DNA of 64,000 nt from Lingula anatina (lineage: Eukaryota > Animalia > Brachiopoda), in the NCBI GenBank assembly GCA_051362555.1, contig CM120641.1, positions 8,184,001-8,248,000 on the forward strand. Reading direction: 5' to 3'. The notes below the pieces were generated by a model, which was not told the origin of the DNA, did not search any database, and worked only from the letters and a program-made list of their open reading frames with translations. The first letter of the stretch is position 1, and every line of letters starts with the position of its first letter. The translations under genes and the position numbers were made by a program. Below are positions 14,701 to 27,400 of the stretch, one piece after another.

Positions 14701-17700
14701 GTTCAAATTATTTGTTTATCAAATTATTATAAAACTGGCAAATTAGGACATATTTTACTTATTTTAACTCATGGAAATTGCTAATCTAGTAGCCAAAGTA
14801 ATGTAGATGTGACACTGATTGTTTCTCTGCAGTTTGCATGTGTCCTAAATTTGTACATGGATGATGGTTTAAGTTTGAGAGAATGTAATGGCCAAATTTG
14901 CATGGTTGCCCTCAACAATTTTTTTAAAGTTTTTACAACCATCACATTTTGTGTTTCCAAATTCAAAAGTACCATCCTTATAGATAATATGTTTGTCAGG
15001 TCACAGTTTTTCTTTTCTTGCCTGCAGGTAATTAAATACTAGTAGTTACTTGAATTTTTAGGAATTTCACTGTGTGTAAAATGCAATTTTTCCTTACTTG
15101 GAAAGGATATAACACACCTTTGAACATTAGCATAGTGTATCTGAAATTAAGAAGAACACATGAGGACATTTAAAATCTTGTGTACTGTTAATTTAAATGT
15201 GAATATTTTTAAAGTATTCAGTCTCTGCACTGAAATCTCCTTTGAAATCTGGTGGTCAGGCTGTCTGGCCCTGAGATGACCAGACAGAGGGGTCAGTTCT
15301 GTTTTATTCTTGATAATAACATGGCCACTCTCAGTCTCTTATTTATAATGGCTTCCAACATGCCACAGTGAACATCACTTTGTCTGTCTGCGTATATAGT
15401 CCGTTATGTACCAGTGCAATTACACTGATCTCTTATAACCTTTCCATTGATTTTCATTGTTCTTCTGAATACAGGCATGTGTTTAACTATTCAGATAATC
15501 TTTTCCGTGTTAATTTTTCATTTACTTAATACTGTCCAGGATAATTGTTCGTGTATGCACAAGTAAACACACATGCTAGTGTCTTCACAGGTTGATAATT
15601 AGGTCCTGATTTTTTTTTAATGTATTAATTGCTATTGCTCTGGCATGCAAGAATAGGTATGATTTGTTTGTAAGCTATGGAACTCTGGCGATGAAAGTCA
15701 GTAGGAGACACTAGATTAATGTATTATCTATTCTTATACACACTGTAGCTTGTCACAAAGAGGGCACAGTGTTGGCAGTGGATAGTTATTTTGTACACAA
15801 GGAACTAGGATGGGTCAGTCTATTATGAGATGAACTATGCCATTACATGTACATGCACTATGGCATGTATAGTTCTGACTCACTGTCTTGTAGGAAATGA
15901 ATTGGTCTCAGGTTAGAGGCACAAGGGGGATTTCATGCAGGCAAGGGAAATAGTCCAGATTAAAAGCTTCACTGAACAGATGTCTGTACTGCAGCCGTTT
16001 CTTTGCCAAGATTTGAAAGTTAAAAGATGCCTCATAGATGCACGAATAAAATGGATTCTTTAGCTTTTTACAGGTATCTTCGGCGTAATGTATTTTTAAA
16101 TTATTCACCAGGCAAGGTCACATCTCTGTGAACCTCAGGTGATCTCTGAAATTACCTTATGACCAGTAGGTTGCATATGAATCATGTTCGCATATTGGAT
16201 ATGAACAGACCATTTAAGATGTATATTACATATATGTCCTTGTTCTTGTACTGTTTCAACTAGTAACCTTTATGACTCATCAAAGAAGTAGAGAACTGTG
16301 TTGCAATTGAGCATACTACATATATATTACAACAAGAACAAGCTGATGATTGCAATCATACAATCTCTCTCTGTTTTCATGTTTTAGTAAAATGGTGCTT
16401 GGCATGGTCTTAATCTTATTGTATAAAAGAGTCTTAACAATCTAACAAAATCCAATAATCATGGCTTCTCCTTTTCATCAAAATTGCACTTGTAACTAAG
16501 TCACTCACATTGTGTGCATTTATCAAGAGGTATAGTTTTTGAAAACAAGTCTTCTAATAGCTTTCTGTGCCTAGTTTTATAACCAACCTCCTGTGCTAGA
16601 ATAAAACATCTGTGGTAAAAAAAAAAAACAAAATCATGCGCTTTTTCCCTAAGCCAAATTGGAAGTAGACTTGATCGATATTAAAGCAGTTTGCCATGTC
16701 AATGTCTGATTAAAGTTGTTTGCAGTGCTAATCAAAAATTGACATGCTGTTACTATATCAGTGCTTTCTTCACACAGAAATGTATATTCTATTCTGCCTT
16801 GTTGTTTGTCCTGGTCAAGTTTAATTCAGGACTAACTTGAACCAAAGGTAAACCGACGTCACCATGTCTCCAGATTACAATGGGATCCCAATTATGCATA
16901 AGACATAAAGGACCATCCAGTCATCAGTCGTTTTTTTATGTACAGACACAGATGTGTCTGTACATATTGCCATCACCTGCGTCTGTCGTCGCCGTCGCCG
17001 TCCCTGTCGCCGTCCCTGTCGCCGTCGCCGTCGCCGTCGCCGTGCACTTTCATCGTTAACACAATAAGTGGAAGACAGTTTTACTTTTTGGCTTTATATT
17101 TACAGAGCTGATGAATATTCATGAAACGCAGGTCAAGTTCGAAAATCAGCATGTTTGGGCAATTATTGTAGTATTTATGCTGTGTTTTCACTTTTTAGCA
17201 TATATGCAACACTGTTAACACATTTCAAGGAAAACCGATAGGCCTGTTGTCATGAAACTCACAGGAGTAATTAATCTTACTAAAACGCAGATCAAGTTCG
17301 AAAATCGGCATGATCGGGCCACTATTTTAGTAGTTATGCTGTTTTTTTCACTTTTCAGCATATGTGCAACACTGTTAACACATTTCAAGGAAAACTGATA
17401 GACCTGTTGTCATGAAACTCACAGGAGTAATCGATCTTACTAAAACGTAGGTCAAGTTCGAAAATCAGCATAATCGGGCCATTATTTTATAAGTTATGCT
17501 GTTTTTAAACATTTCCTCAGATTCAATTCTTAGGCATGTTAACAGTCTCATTATTTAACTTATAAGATTCGTAAAAGTGTTTGTTTGACATTTCCTGCAT
17601 CTTTACAACATTGTTAGTTAATTATGTAAAAATGATGGTAAACTTGTTATCATGTATTGTATAATAGTGTTTCAAAAATGGAAATAAACTCATATCATTG

Positions 17701-20700
17701 CAGTTTGTCAGATTCATTCATTCACTATGTTCAGAAACTCAGAATGGAGGAAATTGGACATTAAACACTGTTCTATTGATATTTTTCCCATCTCATCAAT
17801 TTTCTTAGTTGATCATATATAAATAGCAGTAAATTGTTAATTTTTTTATATGTTAAAAAATTGTTAAAAATGGAAAAAAACACATTTCAGGACAGTGCTG
17901 TCTTGTCTACATTTTGGCATTTTCAAGGTGTGACTTTGAACTTCCTTTGGCCTAAAGACCTTTGCTAGGAACATTTTCTGAATATCCATGATACTAATAT
18001 TTTATTATTAAAAATTGATGGTAATTATCCTGTTAAACATTATGTAATAGTGCATCAAAATTTGAAGACACCCCTATTTTGGACACTGCTCCCATGATGA
18101 CCATTTAAGGAAAACCATGTCACTTACTGTTCTCAAACTTACAGGAAGAAACATGGGACTTAAATAAAGCTTCAGTGGGCAATGCAGACTATTTGGTAAA
18201 TTTTTTTGGCAGTTAATCAATTTTTTGTGAAAATTTAATTTTTCACATATTGGCATTTTCAAGGTGTGACTTAGAACCTCCACGAGCTTGAAGACCCATG
18301 CTAATCACATTTTCTGGAAATCCACGATACGGATCTTTTATTATTAAAAACTGATGGTCATTATGCTGTTAAGCATTATGTAATATTGCATTAAAATAGA
18401 AGAAAAAACAATTTTGGGTGCTGCTGCCATGATGACCATTATGGGAAAACCATGTTACTTATGATTGTCAAACTTTCAAAAAAGAAACAAAGGACTAAAA
18501 TGCAGCCTGAGTTGGAAAAGCAGTCTAATTGGCTTCTTTTTCTGGAAGTTATACATTTTAGTGAAATATTCATTTTTATCATGTTGGCATATTCATTGTG
18601 GGACTCGAAGCTCCCATGGACATGAAGCCAAATGGTAATCAAATTTTCTACATGTCCATGCTATTTATAGTCAATAGTCAAAAATTGGTGATAATTATTC
18701 TGTAATTTATTATGTAATGTTACATCAAAATTGACAAAAATCTTTTTGCACTGCTACTAAAAAAAATGATGAAAAGAAAACTGTGTTACTTATTATTATT
18801 ATTTTCAACTTACAAGTATGATTTGTAGGATTGGCATGCAGTTCAAATTAGAAAGCCAGCTCAAATGGGTTATCATTTATTATTGAATTTAAGCAGTTTT
18901 ATGTGAAATTTTCATTTTTCTCATTCTGGCATTTTCAAAGTGTGAACTTAAACTCCCATGGGCCTGAAGCCTTACGCTTGTTACACATTTCACTTACATT
19001 GGTATTACCTGTTGAGCATAATTAAAATTTGATGTTGAATTTGCAGTTAAGCATAATGTACTTTTGCATCAGAATTGACAGTAGCCTGTTTTGTGCATTG
19101 TTATTGTCTGCTTTTTGTCTGTACATTTGACAGCTTTGCTGCCTTGTTTTTCAGTCTGGATTGATCTAAATGTTTAGATATATTTAGCTGAATTTCTTAT
19201 ATCATCTTACTGTTTTCGTGATAAGCTAGATGATATATTGGAAAGAGGCACGAGTCACACCATTATCTGATTTGATGTCAACCAGCCTTGCATTATTTAA
19301 AAGCCTCAAGTCTGTTTACTAGCATTTATGAGTAGCCTGAATTGTATATGAAATTGAAATCCTCTGACAATTGATGCCCTTAGACGAGAAATAGTACTTT
19401 TTTTGCCTCCTCAAAATTGGTTTTGATTACTCAGTTTTCATTTAAAGGAAATCTGGATATTTTTTATTCAAATGGGTTTAAATATCATTGTTCATATTAA
19501 GAGCCTGGGTTATTTTGGTGAATGAAATTCTGTCAGATATATCTTCAATAAAGTGGTATTTGATGACAATTTTTCTGTATTTCTTATTGACCCAATAATG
19601 TCAGATTATTTTGCAAATAATCCAAGATTTGCTCACCTTGTCATTCAAGCACTATCAATCAGTTATTAAGGGAATTCTTCTAGTTCCATTATTTAGACAG
19701 AACTTTTGAATGGCTGTGAGTCTATTTAATGGCAGACAAAGCCAATCCTTACTGGGAGAAAATTCTGGCTTGAATAATATCACACACATTAGCAATGTTT
19801 TGTTATTCAGTTATTGCAATTATTAGGTGCTGTAAAGAAAATATTTGGGACTGTGTGAATAACTGAAATGTTTTGGATTGTTGAGTGTGGTGAAGAGGCT
19901 CTGACATACAGAAGTAGTACCCTCTACCATGGCCACAGATTATTACTTGATATTCACAGATATGCCTCTGCCTCATAATGTGCACTTTTCTATATAATAT
20001 TAACAAAAATTGTTTTTGAGAACACCATATTTTGTGTGAATTTAATGAGTAAAAACTATGTTGAGTATGAGCCCTGTCGAAGTTCTTTATTGGGAATTTT
20101 GTACATCACTGTACTAGTAGAAAGCTTGAAAAATGAGCAGGTGTTGATTTTTTTTACTAGTTTTAAAGAAGAGTGTGTTTTGGAGGAAAACATAATATGG
20201 ATGCAAGTCACACAGAAATTGAGAAAATTGAACATGATAGTCCAACTTGTGATTGTGTTAGTTGTACCACAGCTTGCTGTGACAAGGATGTGTTGGCCAG
20301 CAGACTGCAGGCTTGTAGCATTTTACTGATTAGTTTCATACTCATTTGAGTTCTGTTAGAATTGTTTACAACAAACAAAAAAGTGCTATATGACAGAGAC
20401 TACTTGCTTAACAATTGGACCTGATAAATTTATAATGGATCATAGCTTAGTGGAAACATAAACTTAGAGGCAGTTTTTATCCATGGACAAATTCGTAAAA
20501 CTGGAGGAAATTTGCTGGTTGCAGACCATAGCACAAATAGAGATAACAACATCCCCAGTGCACTTGTATCTTTGGTTTTTGTCTCACTATAAATCAATTC
20601 AGTTGTCAGATCAGTTTGACTTCATTACTTAGGTTAGTTTAAAGAAAATGCACATTTGTTACTATAAATTGCTGTGGGAGTGCAGAATAAGCAATGGGCA

Positions 20701-21384
20701 TTTTTTATTTGGAAATTCCTTTCTCTCTTTCATTTTCTGTTTGGACTATGATGATATAAGATGACTTAATATAACACATGAGTTGATCAAATGCATGATC
20801 ACTTTCTGTCTGCATTCTGCATTTCTTTTCAGCACATACACTATTGTCATTTTCATCCACACAAGAGGATGCATATGTTACAGTGAAATAAACTCATGAA
20901 GATAAAAAAAAAAGGAATCAAAAACATGTGTTCTGAACTTGTGTGCTTGTGTTAATAATAATTTAATTATATTTTTGCTCCTTTCATTTCAGCAATTTCC
21001 AAAGAAGATATTCTAGAGAATGATTCAGAACAGGTAAGCTATAATATATATCCAGTCATCAAATAACAATATATTTGTTCTCACAGTAACACAGATATTG
21101 GATTTTGACAATTTTTAAAGAATGTTTACTTCTGTCTGAAAAATTAATTTGATGGAAATTGCTCGCAAAATCTTTTTTTTTTATTGCACTGATAAAACCA
21201 TTAGATACCACCATCACCAGGAGCATTTTATGTTCATGTTTGAGAAATCTGATTATGAACAATTGCACTCATCTGAATGTTTAAGACTGGGTTCCCATGC
21301 CTAGATCGATCCATCTGGATCGGTCTAACTCCCTGGGGAGTCTCACTAAATTGCTACCAACTAACCGGCTTACACACTTATCAA

Positions 21385-21427
<43 letters not shown>

Positions 21428-24400
21428 TTTTAACATTCTTATTCTTACTCCCAGTCACACATGCTTATAAACTAGTCACCTAATATAACTACTAGTACTG
21501 GACTGAAAACAGTCTGGGTACTATTTATGACTAATTCTTTACGAAATTACGACATTTACGTCTATTCTAATTTCTACTCCAGATTCTATTGAAACACTGT
21601 AGAACACCTGGTTTGATAAACACTGTGAACTGTCTTTGGGTGGTATGTTTTTTACCACAAGGTTTTTTATCCCAAAATATCTGACCTGAGTTTGTGATTA
21701 ACAGATAGACCAGGTAAAAGTCAAGGTTTTGTCTGGTGTTTATTGTCTGGTTAAGTGCATCTTGATTGGCAGGTGTGATTGACAGATTTCATAGTTACTA
21801 ATAAACATAATTAAAGAGATCTGACTACCTTGATATGAATAGAAATTATGCTTGTATAGTGATTTATGGGTGAGGGTTTTTTCATTGTATGTATATTTGA
21901 AATTTTGTCAAAATGTGGAGGTCAGTTATAAAACTGTTTAAAGTGACCCCTAAAGCAAAGCAGGGGTAGTGCTAGCAATTTTTTTTGCTTAGCCAAATCA
22001 TCACTTTTTGTCAATTTGTTATCCAAATGGTGTTAATTTGACTAAAATGAGTCAAGTCAAACCCTTTTTGTTTAACCAATTTAAGTCAGTTTTAGCATTT
22101 GGCTAAATTGGCGAGTGTTAGCGCTACCCCAGCAAAGCTAATTGACACTATAGGAAATAAGAAGATATCCATGACAAGTGATCAAAAAATTTTGGAAGAA
22201 TTCCTCTGTTTAGCATAGTATCAAATAATCTTAGCCATGCTTTTCCTAAGCAACCCAAATCTTAATCAGTTTTATCAGCTAAAGGCCTTTGCTTGGGGTA
22301 AAACTCAAATGCAGTGGATATAAATTTTTTTTTTTTTTGGGGGGGGGGTTGGAGGGGGATGGGAAACCTCACAACAACAGCACATTGCTGTCAGACCATC
22401 CAGGAAGTGTAAATTTTAAATGGTACTTAAATGGGCATTTGGGAAATATTCATTTACATTATAAGAAGAACATTATTGATTGAACTGGAAATAGATCACT
22501 TTTTTCTTTTTACATTACGTTGGCCTGGTTTATCTCTTTTTCTCTCTTTTAACAGATTTAGGTCGCAATTGTGTTTTTTTGTGTGTATGTAATAACTGAA
22601 AAGTGAATTTTACTGATTTGTCATAAACAGCCACTCTTTATAAAACTTACAGAAACCCCAAAACCATTTTTTAAGCTTTTGAAATGGTCCACTGGCATTA
22701 TGCAGTAATTCTTATGGCACCTGGTGCCTGGAAAAAAATTGATCATCCATAACTCTTTGATCATTGGCACAATTTTATGAGAATTGCAAAGAGGATAATA
22801 CAGAACACTCTTTCCTGGTACCAGATGTTAGTCTGATGATGGGCTTATTGTATTTATAAACATTTTAAGTGATTTTACTTGAAGGTTAGATAAGGACAGC
22901 CAGATACAACATGCTCAGGAAATTAAACTTTGAAGCACTGTGTTACTGATGATATTAAATTAATAGTGCATGGTGCAGTACTTGATGGCATGATCAGGTC
23001 TTTTCACCATCCTATAACAGTGCCATTTTGTTGATACCTTTCCCAATTAATGTTTAATTTTCTAATAAAACTATGCACTTTCATTTCCTTACCTTATATA
23101 GCTATATGACCTTTAGGTGGAGTAACCTATTAGATATTACATCGGACACGTAAGAGATGAAACCTAATAGTAAAATTGGGTAAAAACAGGCAATTATTTT
23201 TATGTGAATGCATCCGTGTGTTAGGTTATGTTTATCGTGTGGGTTTATAAGGTCATTTTACAAGTGGCAATTTTGAGTCTTTGGTGAGTCATGTTCGAGT
23301 GTTTGCACTACCTGAATGATGATGTCATATTATGAAGTAGAGGTGCTCGCCATTGACAGTATTTACCTTGCTAAGAAAGTTTGGATGGATTTATAGCCTG
23401 GAACCATGCACTTCAACTGTTTTAAGGTAAAATATAGAACCAGTGTTGAATTATGTTAAAATATAGAGTGGAAGTGCTTCACATTGATGTATAATCATTG
23501 CTGACTCAGAGAATACACTATTTTTTTTTTAGGTTAAAAGAGAATCATGTTTAGAATATTGAATATTACCAAGGTTCAATCACTGGATGTTATGATCACC
23601 AATATGAACAGTAGTTTACGTTGATGTTAGTATTTACCCAACTAATAGTACTTCGATAGCTATATAACCTGGTACCATCTACTTCACATTGCTTGAGGGT
23701 GGAAAAAAGTAGAACCCAAATATTCTTTTTAATGGTGTCAGATCGTAGAGAGATAGTGTTTCACATTGACAATGCCTCGATCCGCACTGCCATAACAGTT
23801 AAAATAACAACAGATTATTATGTGTACAAACTGCAGAGGTAACTGCAGCAAATAAACATGCACATATATGCAATTGTAGGAGTTAACCTGAAAGAAAGAT
23901 TTTGCATTTTAGAATAGGAGTATGCTCTCTTACTGTTTTTAAGGTAAAATGTCCAAAGGAGTACAAGTATTTTGTGATGCCATATTACCTAGCCATACTT
24001 TTCCAAATCAGCAGTTTCTTCCTCCTTTTAGTAATTTTGTATGATGTTGTCATCTGCAACGGTTACAAGATAAAAAAGCTTATGTTTATACATGAAATAA
24101 TGTCTGACCATGCAGACATGGGGCTTCATATTGGCATTTACCTGGTTTTGAAGCGGTTCACCTCAAATGTATGGTATTTTAAGGTAAAATATAGAATGCA
24201 TTGGACTTGTGTGCCATCATCATATTATACAACTATATTCTTCCACAATATCACTTACTTAGTCTGTTACTAATAGAATGAACAGTGATGGTTTTGTTGC
24301 CAGCGAAAATAACATTTGTTTATATATATAATATTACTTAGGGTCTGTTTTAAGTCAGGTAACAAAAATTCAGACATTGTTTACATATGTCTGAATGTAA

Positions 24401-27400
24401 TTTGGAGATTGAAAAATGGCATATTTTATATAAATGACCTAATCGCTGTTTTAAGATTACATACAAGGTATGTCTAGCCATAGCTTTCCACATTAAGATG
24501 ATTAATGTTCATGCTTCAACTATTTAAGTATAAATGTAGTCATACATTTGAATATAAGCAGATGATATATAATTGTAGCCACATAGAAACCACATACAAA
24601 ACATTTGCGTTACTGAAAGACAAATGTAATATGGGTTCTGTATTGACTAAGAATGTGCAACAACTTTTTTTAAGTTGAAAAAGAACCCAATTTGAAGTAT
24701 TGAGTGGTATCATCATCTGTTCCTGAAACACATCATCTGCCAGGCAATATTCACCTAATGTTTTTGGAATTATTGGCACTCTCCATGTTTTGTTGCGAAT
24801 CAGAACAATGTTTTTGCATAAAAATTATACTCATTATACATGATCATATAATACTTATATGCTGGAAAGATAATGATACCTTCAAGCAATAAAAATGAGG
24901 CTTTCTAATACAGCAAAATATTCATCTTGTCTTGCTAATAGTCAAAGCATAGTGAAAGAAATCAATTGTTTCATTTTCTCCCCCTTTTTTTTCAGGGCAG
25001 GAAAAATGGCAATGGCCGCCTGGACAATCGTAACAGATATTCTGCCATAGAGCTGAGTACTAATAATGGTGTCCATGACCCTCCGATCATCCCTGGTGTT
25101 CATGATGTTTCACTCTATGAACAATACGATGCCATGGGTAAGCTATCATATATTATGAAATATACAGACATCAGAGCTCTTCAGATACTATTTGCAAGCT
25201 TTGTCAAAGATAACTTTTTGTCATGCCAGCATAATCCACTTTTGCAGGTGACTATATATATAATTGATTATAGATAAAAGGAGTAGAATTTTCTTTGCAA
25301 ATATAATTGAATTGTTACATGACCTTATTTGAAATGAGAAAGCTGTACATATGGCCTGATAAATAAACACTGTTAGACCCCATTCACAACAATTTGAGCC
25401 AGGCTTTACAAATCCTGGGTACTAAATATGGCGGATGTACATGAAAGAAAAACCGCCTAATCTTTTAATAGTCTCTCCGCCTCTCACACGCCTCCCCACA
25501 CGTCATCCCTGCGGGGTACAGTCATTAAAGCTCGGCTCCGTTCGCCATGCGGAAGCTACCTGAGAAATATTAAGTGCGCATGCTCATCAATTAAACTCGA
25601 GGTGAAGAAAGCATGGTGGATGGAGGCGATCGAAGGAAAAAAGCTCTTCTGTTCTATTATCTTTCAAAAAGGAGACAAAAAAGAAATGAATTGGCCAGTA
25701 GAGCAGCAATGAATCAGCTATCTACGGAGATAATGTCACCATAGATATTCACGGAGATACCCAGCCACAGTAGACGGAGGAGGAGGAGGGCAGAATTTTT
25801 GCGTATGCAGTCTCGTCAGAGGGCGCAGTTCGTTCTGATGCTGATGTTTGCCTTGTTTCCTACGCCTGATCGAACTGGAAGGGGGGGTGTTTTCACGATT
25901 TTGATCCCGATTCATAGCTGCTCTACGAGCCAATTCATTTCTTTTTCTCAGGTAGCTTCCACATGGCGAACGGAGCCGAGATTTAATGACTGTACCCCGC
26001 AGGGACGACGTGTGGGGAGGCGTGTGAGAGGCGGAGAGACTATTAAAAGATTAGGCAGTTTTCCTTTCATGTACGTCCGCCATATTTAGTCCACAGGATT
26101 TGTAAAGCCTGGCTCAAATCGTTGTGATTGCGGTCTTAGCTGTAGCCCAAAAAGTTTTAATTTAGAAAATAATGTGGATCCTTTTCATCCAATTTTATTT
26201 TAGGTGTGAATACAGTCCCCACCACCTTTTGTGCACTGGTATTTAGACCCCATTCCCATAGCCACACCATCGGTCTATATAGATTGACCCAACTCTATGG
26301 GGACTCTTGCTAAGTGCAATCTGCTGCATTGAATGGCATGCCTCCTCTTGTTTTGAATATACTCGTATGATCACCAGCTTATCTATATTCTACTTAATGC
26401 CAGGAGGAAATGTGCTAACCAACTAAGCTGATTGCACTCAGCAAGAATCCCCTCAGAGTTGGGACGGGCCACATAGACCCATGTGATTAAATATATTCAG
26501 CATTAAGCAAGAAGAAACATTCTTTTGAACGTGCTGGTACTTTTTTTCAAAGTATCTACTGTTTAGTTAACTTTCAGGCATGCTTTTCAGTATTCAGTTT
26601 CTTGGAATTGATTCTGGATAAAAATACTTATTACATCAGTGGTGTGGCATATTTCTTGTGCAAGACTTTTCTTCGCCCTTATGCAGACCTGATAACAATG
26701 CATCCAGCCCAAAACAAGATAGCTCCCTTCATTTAAAACAGACAGAAATGCAGCTGAAATTATTCTTCATCAAAGTGCGATTCTGGGCAATAACACACTA
26801 AAATGTCTTTAAGTCATGGAAACACAGTGTGCATAAACTAACAACTATTGGTGATAAAATTAGGGAGAAAAGTATGCCTTTTAAAAGGGTTTCTCCAATA
26901 AAAGAGTTGAATTTTGTCTGATTGCATACAATTCTAAATTGGAAAGTATCAGACAAATGTGACCATTTGGCACCATTGAATCAGAATTGCAATAAGTAAA
27001 TGATATGTTGTGATATAATTGGTTAGATTAACTCTTAGATTTTCTGCTAGACATGTATACGATCTTCAAAAAGAGAAGTCTTGTCTTTGTATGTTATTAG
27101 CAAGCTTTGCAAAATGCCAGCTATTTGCCTGTGAGAAATTACCCAACAGGCCCACAACTCTATTTCGAAATCAGATGACGTTGATTACTTTTGAAATGAC
27201 ATTGTATGTCTCTTGGGCAGTAAGTAAGTACCCTTAAATTGTCCTCTTTGTGAGACCTCTGGTTTTCTCTGTGATATACAGGTTTATCGTGCTGCTTCTA
27301 AGTCAGAATTTGGTTCAATGCTCATATGCTGTTGTTGGTAACTTGTGGGGGATAAGGTAGTTGCTCAATCATTTCGAATAGTGCCATCAAATTGACCAGA

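Larger units (their letters stand above)
16931..19150 (+). mobile_element. Non-autonomous Helentron-associated element (HINE/DINE-1-like) with internal tandem arrays
   Basis: 5' T-run; 14-bp perfect palindrome TATGTACAGACACA-ga-TGTGTCTGTACATA (16937-16966); (GTCGCC)n microsatellite; internal tandem repeats; 3' subterminal repeat TGTCTGTACAT (19116-19126); short hairpin GACAGC-ttt-GCTGCC (19129-19143); terminal T-run. Confidence 0.8.

Noticed and set aside
25736-26089. ORFs inside the long inverted-repeat element
   Set aside because: Short and without transposase motifs; the element is non-autonomous.
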